Assembly: GCF_000315625.1 (NCBI RefSeq)
Contig: NW_005434665.1
Span: 1-56,766 of the forward strand
Direction of reading: 5' to 3'
From: Guillardia theta CCMP2712
Lineage: Eukaryota > Protista > Cryptophyta
Length of the DNA: 56,766 nucleotides
Positions 21,433-34,833 of the stretch are shown here, piece by piece. The notes under the pieces were generated by a model. That model searched no databases, was not told where the DNA came from, and worked only from the letters and a program-made list of their open reading frames with translations. A program made the position numbers and the translations under genes. How positions within the stretch are numbered: position 1 is the first letter of the stretch; each line of letters opens with the position of its first letter.

Positions 21433-24044
21433 CTAGGCCCTCCACCCGTTTCCTGCTTGTTCAAGTATCAGACACGTGCAGTTATGCGTCATGTGCTATA
21501 GGACAGTGAAGTTTCTCACGCGGTCTGTGCTCTGCCAGGCTTCTTTGTGGTCTTGCTGCGCCTGCTCCTGCATGTCCATGCGATGTTCTTTGATGATACT
21601 GGACAAGGCCTTGCTGTGCGTCAGGAGCAGGAACAAGAGTCGTAGTAGCTGCTCACCTGGGAGATGCTCTCCTGCATGATGGAAGGGTGAAGGCACGGCT
21701 TGAAACGAGGCGAGCCGGAAGGAGGCTGTACATCTGAGCCTCTGTCCCTCTCGTCGTCTTCCGTAAGACCTCGAAGGACGGACTCGACCATCTGCTTCTG
21801 CATCAAGCTTTCTCGATACTCCCTCACGGCCTGCTCGTGTTCCCTAAGAGCTCTCACGTGCTCGCTTTGCTTGCGACGGAATTCAGAGTATAAAGTTTGC
21901 CACTTGACGTTAGGAAACTTGTTGATTCTTCCGAGGAGACTGGTCTGTCTTGGATCCATGGTAACGTGAATGGTGTTGTGCAAGGCGATGGCCTCATCAA
22001 CAACAGGCTTCTTCATGATCACGCGCTGAGATCCGGCCAGTCGCACTTGCTTGTAGGGGGTCTTGGGCTCGGAGCTCAACAACTGAGACCTCGACCCGTC
22101 GGTAGAGGCTCCTCCAATCCCCAGAGAGTTGTTCAGCGTAGAGTTGGAATGATGCAAGTAGTAGTTGCTGATCCTCCAGACTTTTCCTTTCGACCGCAAG
22201 AAGATTACGGCTCGGTCCCATTGCCTGCCGGGTTATGTCAGACCCTTTCAGACGCAGAAGCAAATCGACCGAGAAAGAAGGGACATCCTTGCTTTTTGTC
22301 GCTTCAAATAGTTCATCCAACACCGCTGCAGCACCTTCACTTTGACGAGGTAGTTTGAGATAGTTTTCTTGACAGAGCTCATGCTCTGAAGTTCAGCTAG
22401 AAACATCTTCACGATCTTTATCTTTTTGTTCTTTCTGCTCAGAAGTTTCTCTTATTTCTAATCACGTTAAGTGCAAAGCCATCACCTTTTTATCCTCCAA
22501 TGACTAATGAGCTTCTGGAACGCTGGCCTCAATCGCGAAACAAGCTTTCCAAACATTTCTGTTGCATTCATGACAGTCAGAGGGGAGGGAGACTTAAGAG
22601 AGCGAGGTCTGCACGCTGACCTAGTTGTCGATTTATTCCTTGCATCCGTCTTTTGTACCTGAACGTCCTCTGAATGGCAGCAGCAGAAGGATGGTAAGTC
22701 TAAACATGTAATGTCAATGTCCGCACATGCTTTCCAACAAGCAACAAGCTCGACCTGCTGTAACTCGTCGATCATACGTCCAAACTTGATACAGATCTGT
22801 GTGTGTACCAGGAGTGTAATCCACATGCGCACAGAAGTCTTGCTAGCCAGCAATAAGCTCGTTCGAGCGCGGAAGACATCGCCGTGCCTGGCGGCAGCAT
22901 CGTAATGATGAGCCGATCTGTGACCAGTCTCCTTTCCACTTCCGGCAAGTTGCACTGCTGCCTCTTGTTGAATTTTAAGTAGCTTGGGTCTTCCCCTCAA
23001 CTTGAAACTGCCATGCCCGTCTGGTTCGTATCTTCCCCAGAAGATCTTATCCCGTATTAGCTTCTTGAAGGCCTTTCTGCTGAATTCAAATTGTTGGATG
23101 TCAAATGGCGTATCGAAGTCTGGAAAATCTAATTCCTCGCTCTCAGCAGCCTTCTCTTTCACCTTCTTTGGGGATTTGGTAGCCCCTTGCTCATGATGAG
23201 CGTCAGATTGTTTGTCTCGAATGGGAGGTACAGCAGGCTGTTTCGCTCTGATTGGATACCTTTGATGGTTGGACAGATAGCTGTCAGGCTTGCTCTTTCC
23301 TCCTGACAAGGAGCATGACGGTAGCATGCCGCTAGCAGTAGCATGCATCCTCGGCGTCCTTGGTAAGCGAAGTTCTCCTAGACTTCTGGGTGTGCATAAT
23401 GCCTCGTTGGAGTACTTGGATTCGCTCTTGAGATTACCATATTCTTTGACAGGTTCTTCACTGTCCTTGCAATTGGTATGTGCCGATGTATCATGAGAAG
23501 AAAAGTATGAGAGCTGAAGCGACTTCCGCCTGCTGCCATGCAAGGAACTTTCTGCCTGATTCGCCACCTTCACTTGTCGAGAACTTCGAGCAGTGAGCGC
23601 GTGCTTGCTTGTGGCCTTCTGGTCGGGAGGGCGTTGCTTGTAAACCGTCTGACCAAACATGTCTTTAGCGAAATGATGAACGGAATCATCATGAATTGAT
23701 GCATTATAGTCGCGAATGCGGCTGCATTTCAGGGTTGCTAGTCTTTTGTGCGACAAGCGAGGGCTGGTGGCAACTGAATGTACGTAGGGAGCTTTGGGTG
23801 AGGAGACATGCGAGGAGACATGCGGCTTCGCTCGTCGCTGTTCCGCTGGTGAGAGCTGCCGGGGTCTCGGGGAGGATGAAACGCGAGGAGATTCAGCAGG
23901 TTGCGACTTGAGCACAGCAGATATTCGGATGATGGGCATGGGACGAACCCCCTCGTCGACTTCTGCCATGTCTGTCGGTCTGCCGCTCGTTCCAGCCTTT
24001 GATCCGAGAGTCTCCAGCACTCTGAGTCTCCACTGGTTGGGCAC
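21433..24044 (-). CDS. Large hypothetical basic protein with IQ-like and coiled-coil segments (ends approximate)
   Basis: Minus ORFs of 520 aa and 192 aa plus linking exons; VKVLQRCWMNY is IQ-like. Confidence 0.7.
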
Positions 24045-24288
24045 AAGGAAAAGACTTCAGGCCATTCCACTCCGAGGATCAGAAGGTGAAGATCATGCGA
24101 GATTAGTCCGGTTGTCTGCAACTGAAGGCAGGCAAGACGAAGTTCATTGAGGTGCAAAATTCAGGTTTTCATCCTATCCTCTCGCTCTCGCTCTCCTTCG
24201 ATCTCCTCTTCTCTTCTCTCTCCCTCCTCCTTCCCTCTTCGCTTCTCTTCTCTCCCTCCTCTCTTTCCCCTCATTCTCAGGCCCTACC

Positions 24289-26608
24289 ATGGTTAGTGGA
24301 GGAAGTGCGGGTTGGTCAAAATTCGAGCCTGCCTCAGCGGGCCAAGAAGAGGTCAACGAAATGGTCCTACCACAAACTTGCCTGCTCAGGCGCCAACAAT
24401 GGCTGGGGGCAGGGGAGGCGGAAGGAGAGCAGTAGGAGGAGAGCAGTAGGAGGAGAGCAGCAGGAGGAGAGCTGTAGGAGGAGAGCTGTAGGAGGAGAGC
24501 AGAGGCAAAGGGTACAAAGCCAGAAATACATCTCCCTGTTTCTGTAGTCTCTACTACAACTGGCTGACTTTTATTCCTGCAAAATCAAGTTGAATTGTCT
24601 CTTCATACAAGCAGCTGGGCTATCTCTTCATATAGGAGACTGGTCTGTTCGACAGGGCTAATCTGAGGCATGTACACTGGCTGCACTGTTATGGTGGTTG
24701 AAGGTGGTGATATCTCCTTGGCGAGAAAGAAAATTTTTTATGACATATTGAAGAAGAATGGTGGGGTCACAGTCACCAATATTTCTAGCTCTTCAACTCA
24801 CCCAACTCACATCGTTAGCTCTCTGCCTTATGACACCCTCGAGCGAAAAGTCGGTGTCGGTATGCTGCAGAAATGTCCCTTTGTGGTGACTCCGAGGTGG
24901 TTGGAAGTGTGCAACTCCATGAAGAAGCGAGTGTGTGAAGATGAGTATGCCATAGCTCGACAAGAGCAAGAGGAGAGCTCGAAGCTCGTGCGTGAGATTC
25001 AGAATGAACATCGCGAGCGAAGTGATGTCAAAGATAACGTCGTGCATAACACTCCCCCTGACGAACACCACAAGTGCAGTGTGACATCTGACCGCAAGAG
25101 ATTTCGGGATCACGAGAGCGCTCGTCCGACATCAGAGGTTGGAGAAGACGCAAAGTTACCACGAAAAGAAGCAGGTGGTCTTGTCAGGGTCAAGTTGGTG
25201 ACATGGAACGCTTGCGGGTTGAAGGGGCGGAGGGAGGAGATGGAGGTGGGCAACGACTACGAGACGACCGACGAGGAGGAAGCAAGTCAGTCTGTTGATC
25301 CTGCTAGCCTGACTCATCGCACGTGCTCGCGCTCTTTCTTTGAATTCTTCAGGAGTCTGCGAGAGCCCAACTGCGAGTACCTTATTGGGATTACGGAGAC
25401 ATGGCTGTACCTTCTTATGACCTTCTTGATTGCCGTTTGACATGTGTTCTTCAGATGCGATGACGACAAGAACAGCCGATCACATCAAGAACGTCAAGAT
25501 CATGAGAGATGGTGGGAAAAGCAGGTGCAGAAAGTGTTTCCGAAACGTACATGGCATGTAAGTCAAATAATTTGACTTCTTTGCTTCATCACATTATTCC
25601 AGAGCATATGGAATCATAATCATCTGCACTCGCGCCATGGATGTGTTTTGTTTTCAACTATGAAGCCAATCGAGGTGGCGATTTATCCTTGCATCCTAAA
25701 GCAAAGGGTCATTTATCTTCATCATCGCCAACCAACACTTACACCGCCCTCTGTGTTGATGACACACCTTGCTTCAGGTTGAGTTTGGGCTTGACGGGTT
25801 GGAGCCCAAGAGGTGGTTGGAGCTGCGACATCGCTTTAGCTGCTCACGTCCCTTGCTGCAGGCAAAAGGGTCTTGAAACCCTCGCAGGCTTCAGTTCTTC
25901 TTTCTCGGATCCAGAAGGACGCCTGATCTCTGCTTCTTTCTCTCTCCTACACGCCTTCGTCTGCTATGTCCCTCATCCAGGTCAGGTCGACTCCTGTCCT
26001 CGCTCCATCCGCAACACCAACGGCCTCTGCAACCTTTCCTTCCGCCTTCTTCATTGGGACCGCCTGCTCCGAGAAAAGATCGCGCGCGCGAGCAAGCAGA
26101 GTCTTCCAGTGATTGTGCTTGGGGACCTCAACGTGCACCGAGGGGGGCGAGTGGAGGATGGAGCATGTGCAGCAACATGCGACAAGGAGCTGCAGAAGAG
26201 CCTTGAGCAAACTCTCGAGACCTGCGACCTCGTTGACGCGCATGATGCTTGTTGCTCGGAGGAAAGGGAGGGGAGCCGGAGGGAGGAGAGGCAGAGAGGA
26301 TGTACGTTCTGGAGCAGGAAACATGCCTCATGGTGGGCCCGACTTGACTACATGCTCGCGTCCAATAGCTTGTTGGATGGAAGTCGAGGTCGATTGCTGT
26401 CATGCGAGGCTCTCAAAGAAACTTTCGGCAGCGATCACTCGCCGGTGAGAAAATGTTGGTAGGATGAATGGAAGCTCTACTCTTTACCCCCTGCACATTT
26501 CATTCCTGTCGGCTTGCTGCGGTGAATACATCTTGATCTTACTTGCTCCAGGTTGTTTGTACAGTGGAGATCAGGAGCGAAGAGGGACTCAGGGGAGCAA
26601 AGAGATAA
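24289..26608 (+). CDS. BRCT-domain + exonuclease III/AP-endonuclease (EEP) protein
   Basis: BRCT-like ...KKNGG...THIVS...VVTPRWLEVC. EEP motifs TWNACG, GITETW, EGRLI, YVP, GDLNV, TFWS, RLDYML, GSDHSPV. Confidence 0.87.
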
Positions 26609-26784
26609 TTTCATGTTTATCATTGAGCTAGAAAGTACAAGTCATGTTACATGGATTGCTACGTTTTCTTTTTGATCTGACGAGAGGAGAGGAGCAAGGG
26701 GCCGATTGAGAGGAGGGGGAGGGTTTGACGGAATATGAGGGCAAGACACGAACGAGAGAAGAGGAACAGGCAAGGAGAGGATCG

Positions 26785-29700
26785 TCAGACATTCTCGGGG
26801 TTTTGCGGCTCGACATAGTCAGGACTTTCAACGGAAACGATCTGACCTGAAAGAGAGTCAGGCGGGAGGGGAGGGAGCAGCAAAAGGTAGAGGATGGTGG
26901 AGGGGGGAAAGAAAGAGACGCAAGAACAGAAAGGAGGGGGAGAGGAGGAGGATTCAGACTCACTGCAGCTGGAAGATGGCCCTACGGATGATGTGGGAGA
27001 TTCAGGAACAAGCACCTTGCTCAGGTTGCCTCCCGCTTGTGCGCTGCCCTTGCTCGCCTCCGACTCGAGGTCAAACAGCTGCAGAATGTAAGGCGAGGTG
27101 AAGGAGAGGGAGGGGAGGAGGTGAAGGATGATAGAGATAAGGAGGAAAGTTGAGGCAGGAGGAGGGAGGAAGGAGAGACGGTAAACCTTAAAGCTCGCGC
27201 GGTGAAGCTCCTTCTCCGCCTCAAAGAATTTTCGCATTTTGATCGCAAGCTGATGTATGGCGTTGTCAGCAGGGTTGTAGAGCATGGCGTTGTCGAAGGT
27301 CAAGAGCACATCTGCATCCCACTGCGCAACCCAGTCAGAAGGGGAGCAAGAGAAAGACAGTAGAGAGAAACGAGAGAAAACAGTCAGAAGCAAGTAAGGA
27401 GGAGGAGGAGGAGGAGGAGGAGGAGGAGGAGGAGGAGGAGGAGGAGGATTTGACTGAAAAATGTCAAGGAGAAGAAGACACAAGAGAAGGCGGAGAAGGG
27501 CAGGGAATTTACCTCCTTGTATGTGTTATATGTATTGGATTGTAGCTTGTTTGAGACAGTCTGCATGGACAAGGTCAGGCTGCTTGCATGATGACGAGCA
27601 GGGGTGTCGAAGGAGATTCAAACAAGAGAAGGGGGAGGAGGTCAGGCAAGAGTGAAGAAGGAGATAGAGGAAAGGAATATCTTCCTGAAGGTCCATTGGG
27701 TTTTTGATGACTTCAAAATAGTCAGGAATATTCAGCTCCACGGGATCAACCTGAAGAATCAAACATCATCTCCATCATCACCTCCATCATCATCTCCATC
27801 ATCATCATCATCACCTCCATCATCTCCATCTCCATATCATCATCTCCATCATCACCACCACCACCATCATCTCCATCTCCATATCATCATCATCTCCATC
27901 ATCATCATCTCCATCATCATCATCTCCATCATCATCATCATCTCCATCATCATCTCCATATCATCATCATCATCATCATCATCATCTCCATATCATCATC
28001 ATCTCCATATCATCATCATCATCATCATGATCATGATCATCATCATCTCCATCATCATCATCATCGTCATCGCCTCCTATCTGATCTTCCCATTCTCGAT
28101 CTCCTCCATTGTCACATCAGTTCGCTAATCATCTTCTCTATTCTCTGCACACTGTTTCCTCACAGGATCCAAGAAAGGCCACGAGAACTTGTGCTTGAAG
28201 AGCTTCTTCATTATCTTGGTTGCTCGGTTCACCCAAGGCTGCTATGTGAGATGAGCGTACACATCGATACAATCTTCACGCTCTCCACACGTTCACCTGA
28301 ATCTGCTTGATCGGCTTGCTGGGGCTCGCCTTCTGCTTGGGATGTCAGGCGCCGCTCACTCCGCAAGTCGCCTCCCACCTGCTGCCTCCCCGGCGTCCTC
28401 CCTCCCCCTTCGCCCTGAGCCTTCGCCTTCAGCTTCTGCTTTTCTGCCGCGAGAGCCTGAGCAGCGTCAGGTGGCAGTGAGGAAGAGGCAGGGAGGAGAA
28501 GGGGGGGGGGGGAGGCCGAGAGGAGGAGGCCGAGAGGAGGAGGCGAAGAGGAGGAGGCGAAGAGGAGGAGGCGAAGAGGAGGAGGCGAAGAGGAGGAGGC
28601 GAAGAGGAGGCAGGAGGGGGAAGCAAGCAAGCAGGAAAAGCGGCGCACCAGCTCGTACTCCTCTTTCTCATGCGGTTCCACGATGTCCCAAATCTGCGAG
28701 ACGGTGTGAGATCAAAGTGAAGCTTCAAACAGGAAGAGGAGGAGGGGGAGGGGAAGGAGGACCAGACGAAGATGTTAATGGTGAAGGGAGTCAGAGGAGC
28801 GACTTCACCTCCTTGTCCGCGTTGTTGGTTTTCCCCACAGTATACGCGAGGACCTTACCATCATCCTTACACACAGCAGCAGCAGCAGCAGCACGTCTCT
28901 ACCTGCTTGCATCTGCTGGCAGGGAGATCAAGCTCTCTCTCCTGTCCTTCGGGAACGAGCTGAGCATCATCACGTTCAGGTCCGTCGAGCTCCTTCCCCC
29001 ATCCTCACAACCTTGTATCTTGGTCGACCACTGCGAAACGTTTCCCCGGAGAAGACTCCCTTGGGTTGCATGGGAACGAGATGACACCAGTCCCTGCGAG
29101 AAAATGAGAAGAGAAGAAGTGGAGAGGATGAGACAAGGAGAGGAGAGGAGAGGAGAGGAGAGGAGAGGAGAGGATGAGAGGAGAGGAACGGGGAGGGGAG
29201 GGGAGGTGAGAAACATGAAATTTAGCAAGGTCAGGGCTATCGTCTCGTCAGCAGGCATCTTCATGGTATGGCATTACATGTCAACGATGTAGTGCAAGAC
29301 GTAGTAATACTTGATGTTGTACTTGTTGTTTGTGACCGTAACCACCTGCCACCAAATTCAATCCAAGTTTCTTTCACCAAAAATGATGAGATTCATCATC
29401 GGCATGTCAGATACAACACAACAGCATGAAGAGCAGCGTCGAAGAAATAAAGACAGTGTCTCTCAGGTTTAACAGTGGTACAGAACAAACATCAGAAGCA
29501 ATGACACACCTTGTTGTACATGCTGTTCTTCAATAGAGCCTGATTGACAAGCCCAGGAACAATCTGCAGAAGCGTGCAGATTAGCAACAGAGGGTTGAGG
29601 GACAAGAGCTAAAAAAGGGTTTCAAAGCACCTAACAAGAGACTGATGGCAGTACGAGAGTGGTGGCAAGAAACGTGGAAAGGAGCATCGGAAGGAAATGA

Positions 29701-32032
29701 AAGGAGAACGAGGTAGGAAGGGAGAGGAAGTGAAGAGAGCGAGGGAGGAGGGGAGAGGAGTGTGGAGTACCTTCTCGTTCCTCTTTGTCTCCGGCAGGAC
29801 GTCAGGCTCTCTCGTCACTTTCTTCGGTGGCATGTTGGCCTGCATCCTCGGCTTCAGAGTTTCCATCGCTCCTCCTGCCGGAGGAGATCTCCTGCTCCCA
29901 CGCGCGTCAGCACCGAAACTCGCTCTGCTACTGTTAGCTTCACTTGATCAGCCGACGAGCCATCATGTACGAAGGGTACAAGTCTTCCACTGACTGTTCT
30001 GGGAACGTCCAGTGACAGTATCTTGAACAAACTCGGTCAATCTCTGTTGCTTCACTCTCACTGGTATCACCCGACATATCCGGCAGCTCTCCGCAACGCA
30101 ACATTCTCCTCTGAGTGATCGTTCCAGTCCACATCATCGTCCTGGGACCTCGTCATCGAAGTCGGGGAGCAGAAATCGCAGTTCACCACAGATTTTGACG
30201 ACTTGCAGCCATTCGTCACATTCCACAGCCTCTTGACCTCACTGTAACAAGGGACTGTCAGTCTCTTGTGTTTTGATTTGAAATCTCGGCTTTCATGAAT
30301 CTCGGTGATCTCCTCACCTCATAGCAGAAAAACTTGAAACGCTGGAAGCTGTCGGTGACATAGCAGGTGAAATGTCTTCAGTCTTGATGATCTGAACAAG
30401 CATACGATTAGCCGGAAAGGAAAGGAGGCCGAACAACCTTCTGCAACGCTCTTTCAACCTCCTCCTTCTCGTTTACTATTTCCACAAAATCCGTCCTTCT
30501 CTTCCCCTTGCCGACCTTCCGCCACACAACTTGAACGGTGTGCAAATCCTTGAGAGGGATTTCTTCTGTGACCACCTGCAGTACGAGCAAGTGAGCAGAG
30601 AAAACAGCTCCTCCCTCCTCACCTTGTACGGGATGAAGCGAAGGGCGTCCTGCCCCCTCTCAATCGAGATCAAGTCGGGAGAAATAAGGTATTCCTGCAA
30701 CTTCTCTTGTGCTCCATGATGACTCTTGACTTGGAACAGGCGGACTTTCCTGTCGCTTCTCGAGACCAGGATCTTGAAGGGGTGAAGGTTTCTCCCAGGA
30801 GACATGCCCTTCGCGCCGTAGCCCTGCACGTTCTTGCCCGGGCTGGCTTTCTGCGCGCTCTTACCCTTGGTGCTGCCGACGACGAACTTGACTCGCTTGT
30901 TCTTCATCCACGAGGGGAGAGTTCCATCGTCAAACTCTAGCCGCCGCTTGTTCGCAGCCTGTGACAGCTTGCTCGGTGCCGGGTTGTCATCATCGCTGTA
31001 CTTCGCGACCGCACCGACTCGGATGAAGTCGAAAGACTCGTAGAAAGCAACTGAGTTGTCAGTCGCCTGCACGATGAGGTACTCGAACTTCCCTTCCTTC
31101 TCCAGCTCTTCGATCACCAGACGCACCAGCCACGACCCGCACCCGAGGCCTCCCAGCAGCGACAGCTCGGCCACGTGTGGCCAAATGATCCCTTCTCCGT
31201 CGGGGTCTCCGCTCCTGACCTGCTGGTCGAGCTCTTCAGCAAGCTTGTTGTCATGGTCCCAGTTCCTTCCCGTCATGTCTGACTCATGAATCCCAGCTTC
31301 TGGAGCAAGGGAGTGCCATCTGAACGCTCGTTGCCACACAGTGAAGGTCGTCATAGTGATGAATCCTTGCAGCCACCCCTCAGCTTCGGTTCTCACTTGG
31401 TACCCGTAGATCGGGTCGTCGGTGTCAAGCCTGTCTGCCATGTACTCCAACCCCAGCGGCTTCGTCTGAGTGCCGTCAGAGTTGTTCTTCTGGAACCCGA
31501 ACCTTTGAATCCTCCGACTCGCTGCTTCGTTGCAGAGCAGGAGCATCTCAGATAGCGATGCTACCCACTGCTCTCTGTCCTCCAGTCTGACGATCACAGA
31601 GCCCGACATGTCCTTGGAAGCTACTGGCACATCCTCGAGATCGTAGCAAGGAAGTCCTAGCTTCGACATGGGGCGCCGTTGGGCCATCATCTTGTTGGAG
31701 GGAGGAAACGTGAAAAGGAAGGCAAAGATTCAAATTCGGATGTCTTGCAGCAGCGCAAGCACTTGAGATGAGAGTATGATGAACGTACTCCACGGCACAC
31801 AAGACAGTCAAAGTCAGGTCTCCTCGTCTACCTGCTCGACGCTCTTGCCATGCTCGCCTTTTACTTCGTTGCTCTCCGTTTACCACGCCATTTCTCCCTC
31901 AAGCCAACGTCGCCTCTTGTCTGACCGATCAGACCGTCGCCTCAACACAAGCATCTTTCATGGTTCATCACAAACATTATTCGCCGACCAGCCGCTCCCA
32001 TACCGCCGCATCTTCGCGCTCTCCTCAGCCAT
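26785..32032 (-). CDS. GNAT acetyltransferase + C-terminal bromodomain protein
   Basis: GNAT: [16 protein letters not shown]...[16 protein letters not shown]. Bromodomain: SWPFLDP|[21 protein letters not shown]...[10 protein letters not shown]. Start approximate. Confidence 0.85.
27763..28075. repeat. Compound (CAT)n/(CATCTC) microsatellite, intronic
   Basis: Direct reading; splits the bromodomain exons. Confidence 0.9.
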
Positions 32033-32277
32033 CTTATGCTTGCTGCCATCCCCGCTTCCTCGCTTCCATTGAGCGGTCGACGAGGAAACTCTCAAGAATG
32101 GGGTGGGGTGGGTCATTGACTTGGTACCATGTCCGAGATGAGTAAACTTGTAAAAACCATTCTATTAGAAAATTTTCTATATAAAATATCTATCAACATA
32201 TTTAACTGATTGTTTAAATGGGTCTAGTCGTTGTCACCCTGACACTGGTGGAACCCAGCACCCCCGTCAGCGAAAAA

Positions 32278-32983
32278 ATGCAGGCCGAGGCACTGAGAAC
32301 GAAAGGAGATGAAACCACATGTACAACACGCTCAAGTGATCTGATGATGTGAAGAGGAGAAACAAAGAATTTGGAACGAGATGAGCTGATTGCCGATCGA
32401 TCGATGCTCGTCGTAAGCTATGCAAGACAAGTCGTACGGCGACACCCTTACGAACCTAAAAGTAACATCGTATTGAAACGTTCTTTGTGACATGCTCTTT
32501 GATCCTTGAAGAGCTCAGAGTGATTCTGTTCTATTACGCTCGATGTGAAAATTTGCAAAAATGCCAAGAAGCAAAACTCTATCATACTTGAAAATTAAAC
32601 GAAGATGTACATATATTGAATTCATTGATCAGGGTCGAGTTACAGACGAAAAAAAAAATTCACACTACACAAGTCTGCACATTCGAGCATTCAAAACTTA
32701 CACACTGGTGTTACAAACAGTTACAAACAATCCACTGCAACAAGCGACATGGACGATCTATGGAGTTCCTGGAGAAACATTCAGTCACCATAAGCAAGAT
32801 TGTACTTGTCAAGAGAATGTATGCAAAGACGAGAGCACACTTCCATTACAGCAGGAAGATGACCTGCTGAATGGGACAACACTTTTGCAACAGTTTCTTT
32901 CGCACGTGACAAGCTCGATCGACACCTCCCATGGCGAGGGGCTGTGGATCAGCGGGTTGTGCAGCACAGCAGACCAAGAGTGA
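32278..32983 (+). CDS. Possible hypothetical protein (strand not secure)
   Basis: ATG at 32278 after a promoter-like GGGGT/ACCCC zone and a 140-aa ORF at 32561-32983. Minus-strand splice-like signals also exist here. Confidence 0.3.
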
Positions 32984-33133
32984 GGATCAGGTAGACATAC
33001 TGGGTTGAAAGGAGAGCAGGGTGACAGCATGGGGGAATGCGGGAGAAAGTGAAGGGGAAAAGGCAGGCATAATGGAGGAAGGGTAGATTCAAACTAGCAT
33101 GCACCTTCAGCAGCAAGGGAAAAGGTTCCCGAA

Positions 33134-33800
33134 TTAGAGCTCTACCATCCGCTCGAGAGGACCTACGCCAGCTAGAATCACAATGCAATACCACGAAGCC
33201 AAAATCTCTCACCTTTGGATGGTTCGGATTCGGAAATTTCCTCCGAAGGATTCGTGTCTGCTTGCAACTTTGTATCTGCTTTCATACTTGCTTCAAGCTT
33301 CTGCTGCTCCGCAATGCCTTGCACCGCGACTGGTGCGCCAATGCCCAAAGCAGTTGCACCCACAAAGGCAAAGACACAAAAGCCGCCGCAAACACACATT
33401 GCTGCCGCGTAGGCTTGGCTGAAAGCGCAGACATGTCAGGAGGTAGATTCAAGAAGAATCAATTTGGTTGTTGATGCTAAGAAATGGCACAGAAGGAATT
33501 GGAGTAAGATCAATTAGATTGGAGCGAAAAACATAACATCAATCAAAATTCAATCATCTATGCAATAGAGTAACACCTGTGAATGAAGAGGTAAAGAAAT
33601 GCAGCGTATATTCGAGGTGTAATCACCCAAAAAAACAGTAGGGAAATATTGGAAGGAAAACAGGAGGTAGTTGAAACGGGGTGGGGAGAGAGGACTGAGG
33701 GAAGCTGCTGCTGCTGTAACAAGGGAAGATAACTAGCTAGCAGGGATGAGGCCGAGGAGAGCAAGAGGGGCCGAGGATGCAGCAGACGCGAGCCGGCATC
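33134..33800 (-). CDS. Hypothetical small membrane protein
   Basis: Hydrophobic CVFAFVGATALGIGAPVAV segment and a GT..AG intron to AGVGPLERMVEL*. Confidence 0.45.
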
Positions 33801-33839
33801 AAGTCGCGTGCATGGCCAAGGAGCAATGATCCAAGTTGA

Positions 33840-34320
33840 CGGGTCGAGTTCTCAAAAGGGGGGTGGTCAGATCTTGAGGGTGGTCGAATATTAGACCATG
33901 GGGTGTTCTGGAAGTAGAATAGGGGGGTACTTTATCAATGGGGGTCCAACACGAAGGTTCTGGGGGTGCTCCAGAAGTTTTAACCCCTGCAACTTGTTGG
34001 GGTAGGTAGGGGTACTAATGTCGTTCTCAAAGTACCCCGTACAATTACCATCCATTATGGGTACTTGAATCAGAGAGGGATTTGAGAGAAGGGACATGGG
34101 GTGGGGGTGGTAGAAAATAGTGAATATGATCAGGACCGGTATTTCAAAATGATATCAGACGGGTAGTACAGTATAGTACCCCTACCATCTCGAAATGACG
34201 GAACGCAGGGGGTTATATGATGGGGGTGGTAAATCGACGAATGAGCAGGTCGAAGAGCCGTCAGAGCTCATACTACCCCCTTTTTCAATAGGGCTAGGAG
34301 GGGTGGTAGTTCGGATTGCC
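33840..34320. promoter_or_regulatory. GGGGT/TACCCC-rich intergenic zone at a divergent junction
   Basis: Dense ggggt, ggggta, gtacccc and tacccc words; non-coding. Confidence 0.5.
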
Positions 34321-34329
34321 GGCGACAAC

Positions 34330-34680
34330 ATGTGGGGGATTCAGGAAATGCCGAGACGGCAACCAATGAGAAAGCAGGCTGCAATGGCAGCGGCAAAGGC
34401 AACTCCATCATATCAACAGGCGATCAAGAACCCTATGGCAGCGATGAGTGCAGTACTGACGGTAAGCATGTTCTTATCGGATGATTCTCTTTATATTTGT
34501 ACTTTCGTGCGATAACCTGAGTTGTTTGTGATGATGGTCCCATTTACTGTCGATAAATGCTGATCCTTCACTCATCATCTCATGACTTTCAGTATCTTTT
34601 TTGTCGCCTGATATCCATTCTGAACATTGTTCCGCAGATGTGCAAAGACCAGTCGGTCCCCAACGGCTTTTGTTAAACTC
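34330..34680 (+). CDS. Small hypothetical protein
   Basis: MWGIQEMPRR...AVLT followed by a strong GTAAG donor; second exon uncertain. Confidence 0.35.
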
Positions 34681-34833
34681 ATGCTGGAAAGCAACGCTCA
34701 TTATAACTGAAGCTGATCTCGTGTGTTTTCCTTTCATGTAACATATAGATTAGGAATTGATCTGATAACATTTTTTTCAACAAACGGTAAATAGTGAAAT
34801 AGCTACATCCAAAATGATACTTCGAATGCTATT

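Noticed and set aside
24289-26608. LINE retrotransposon endonuclease
   Set aside because: Intron-containing, has a cellular ExoIII motif set, and no reverse transcriptase follows.
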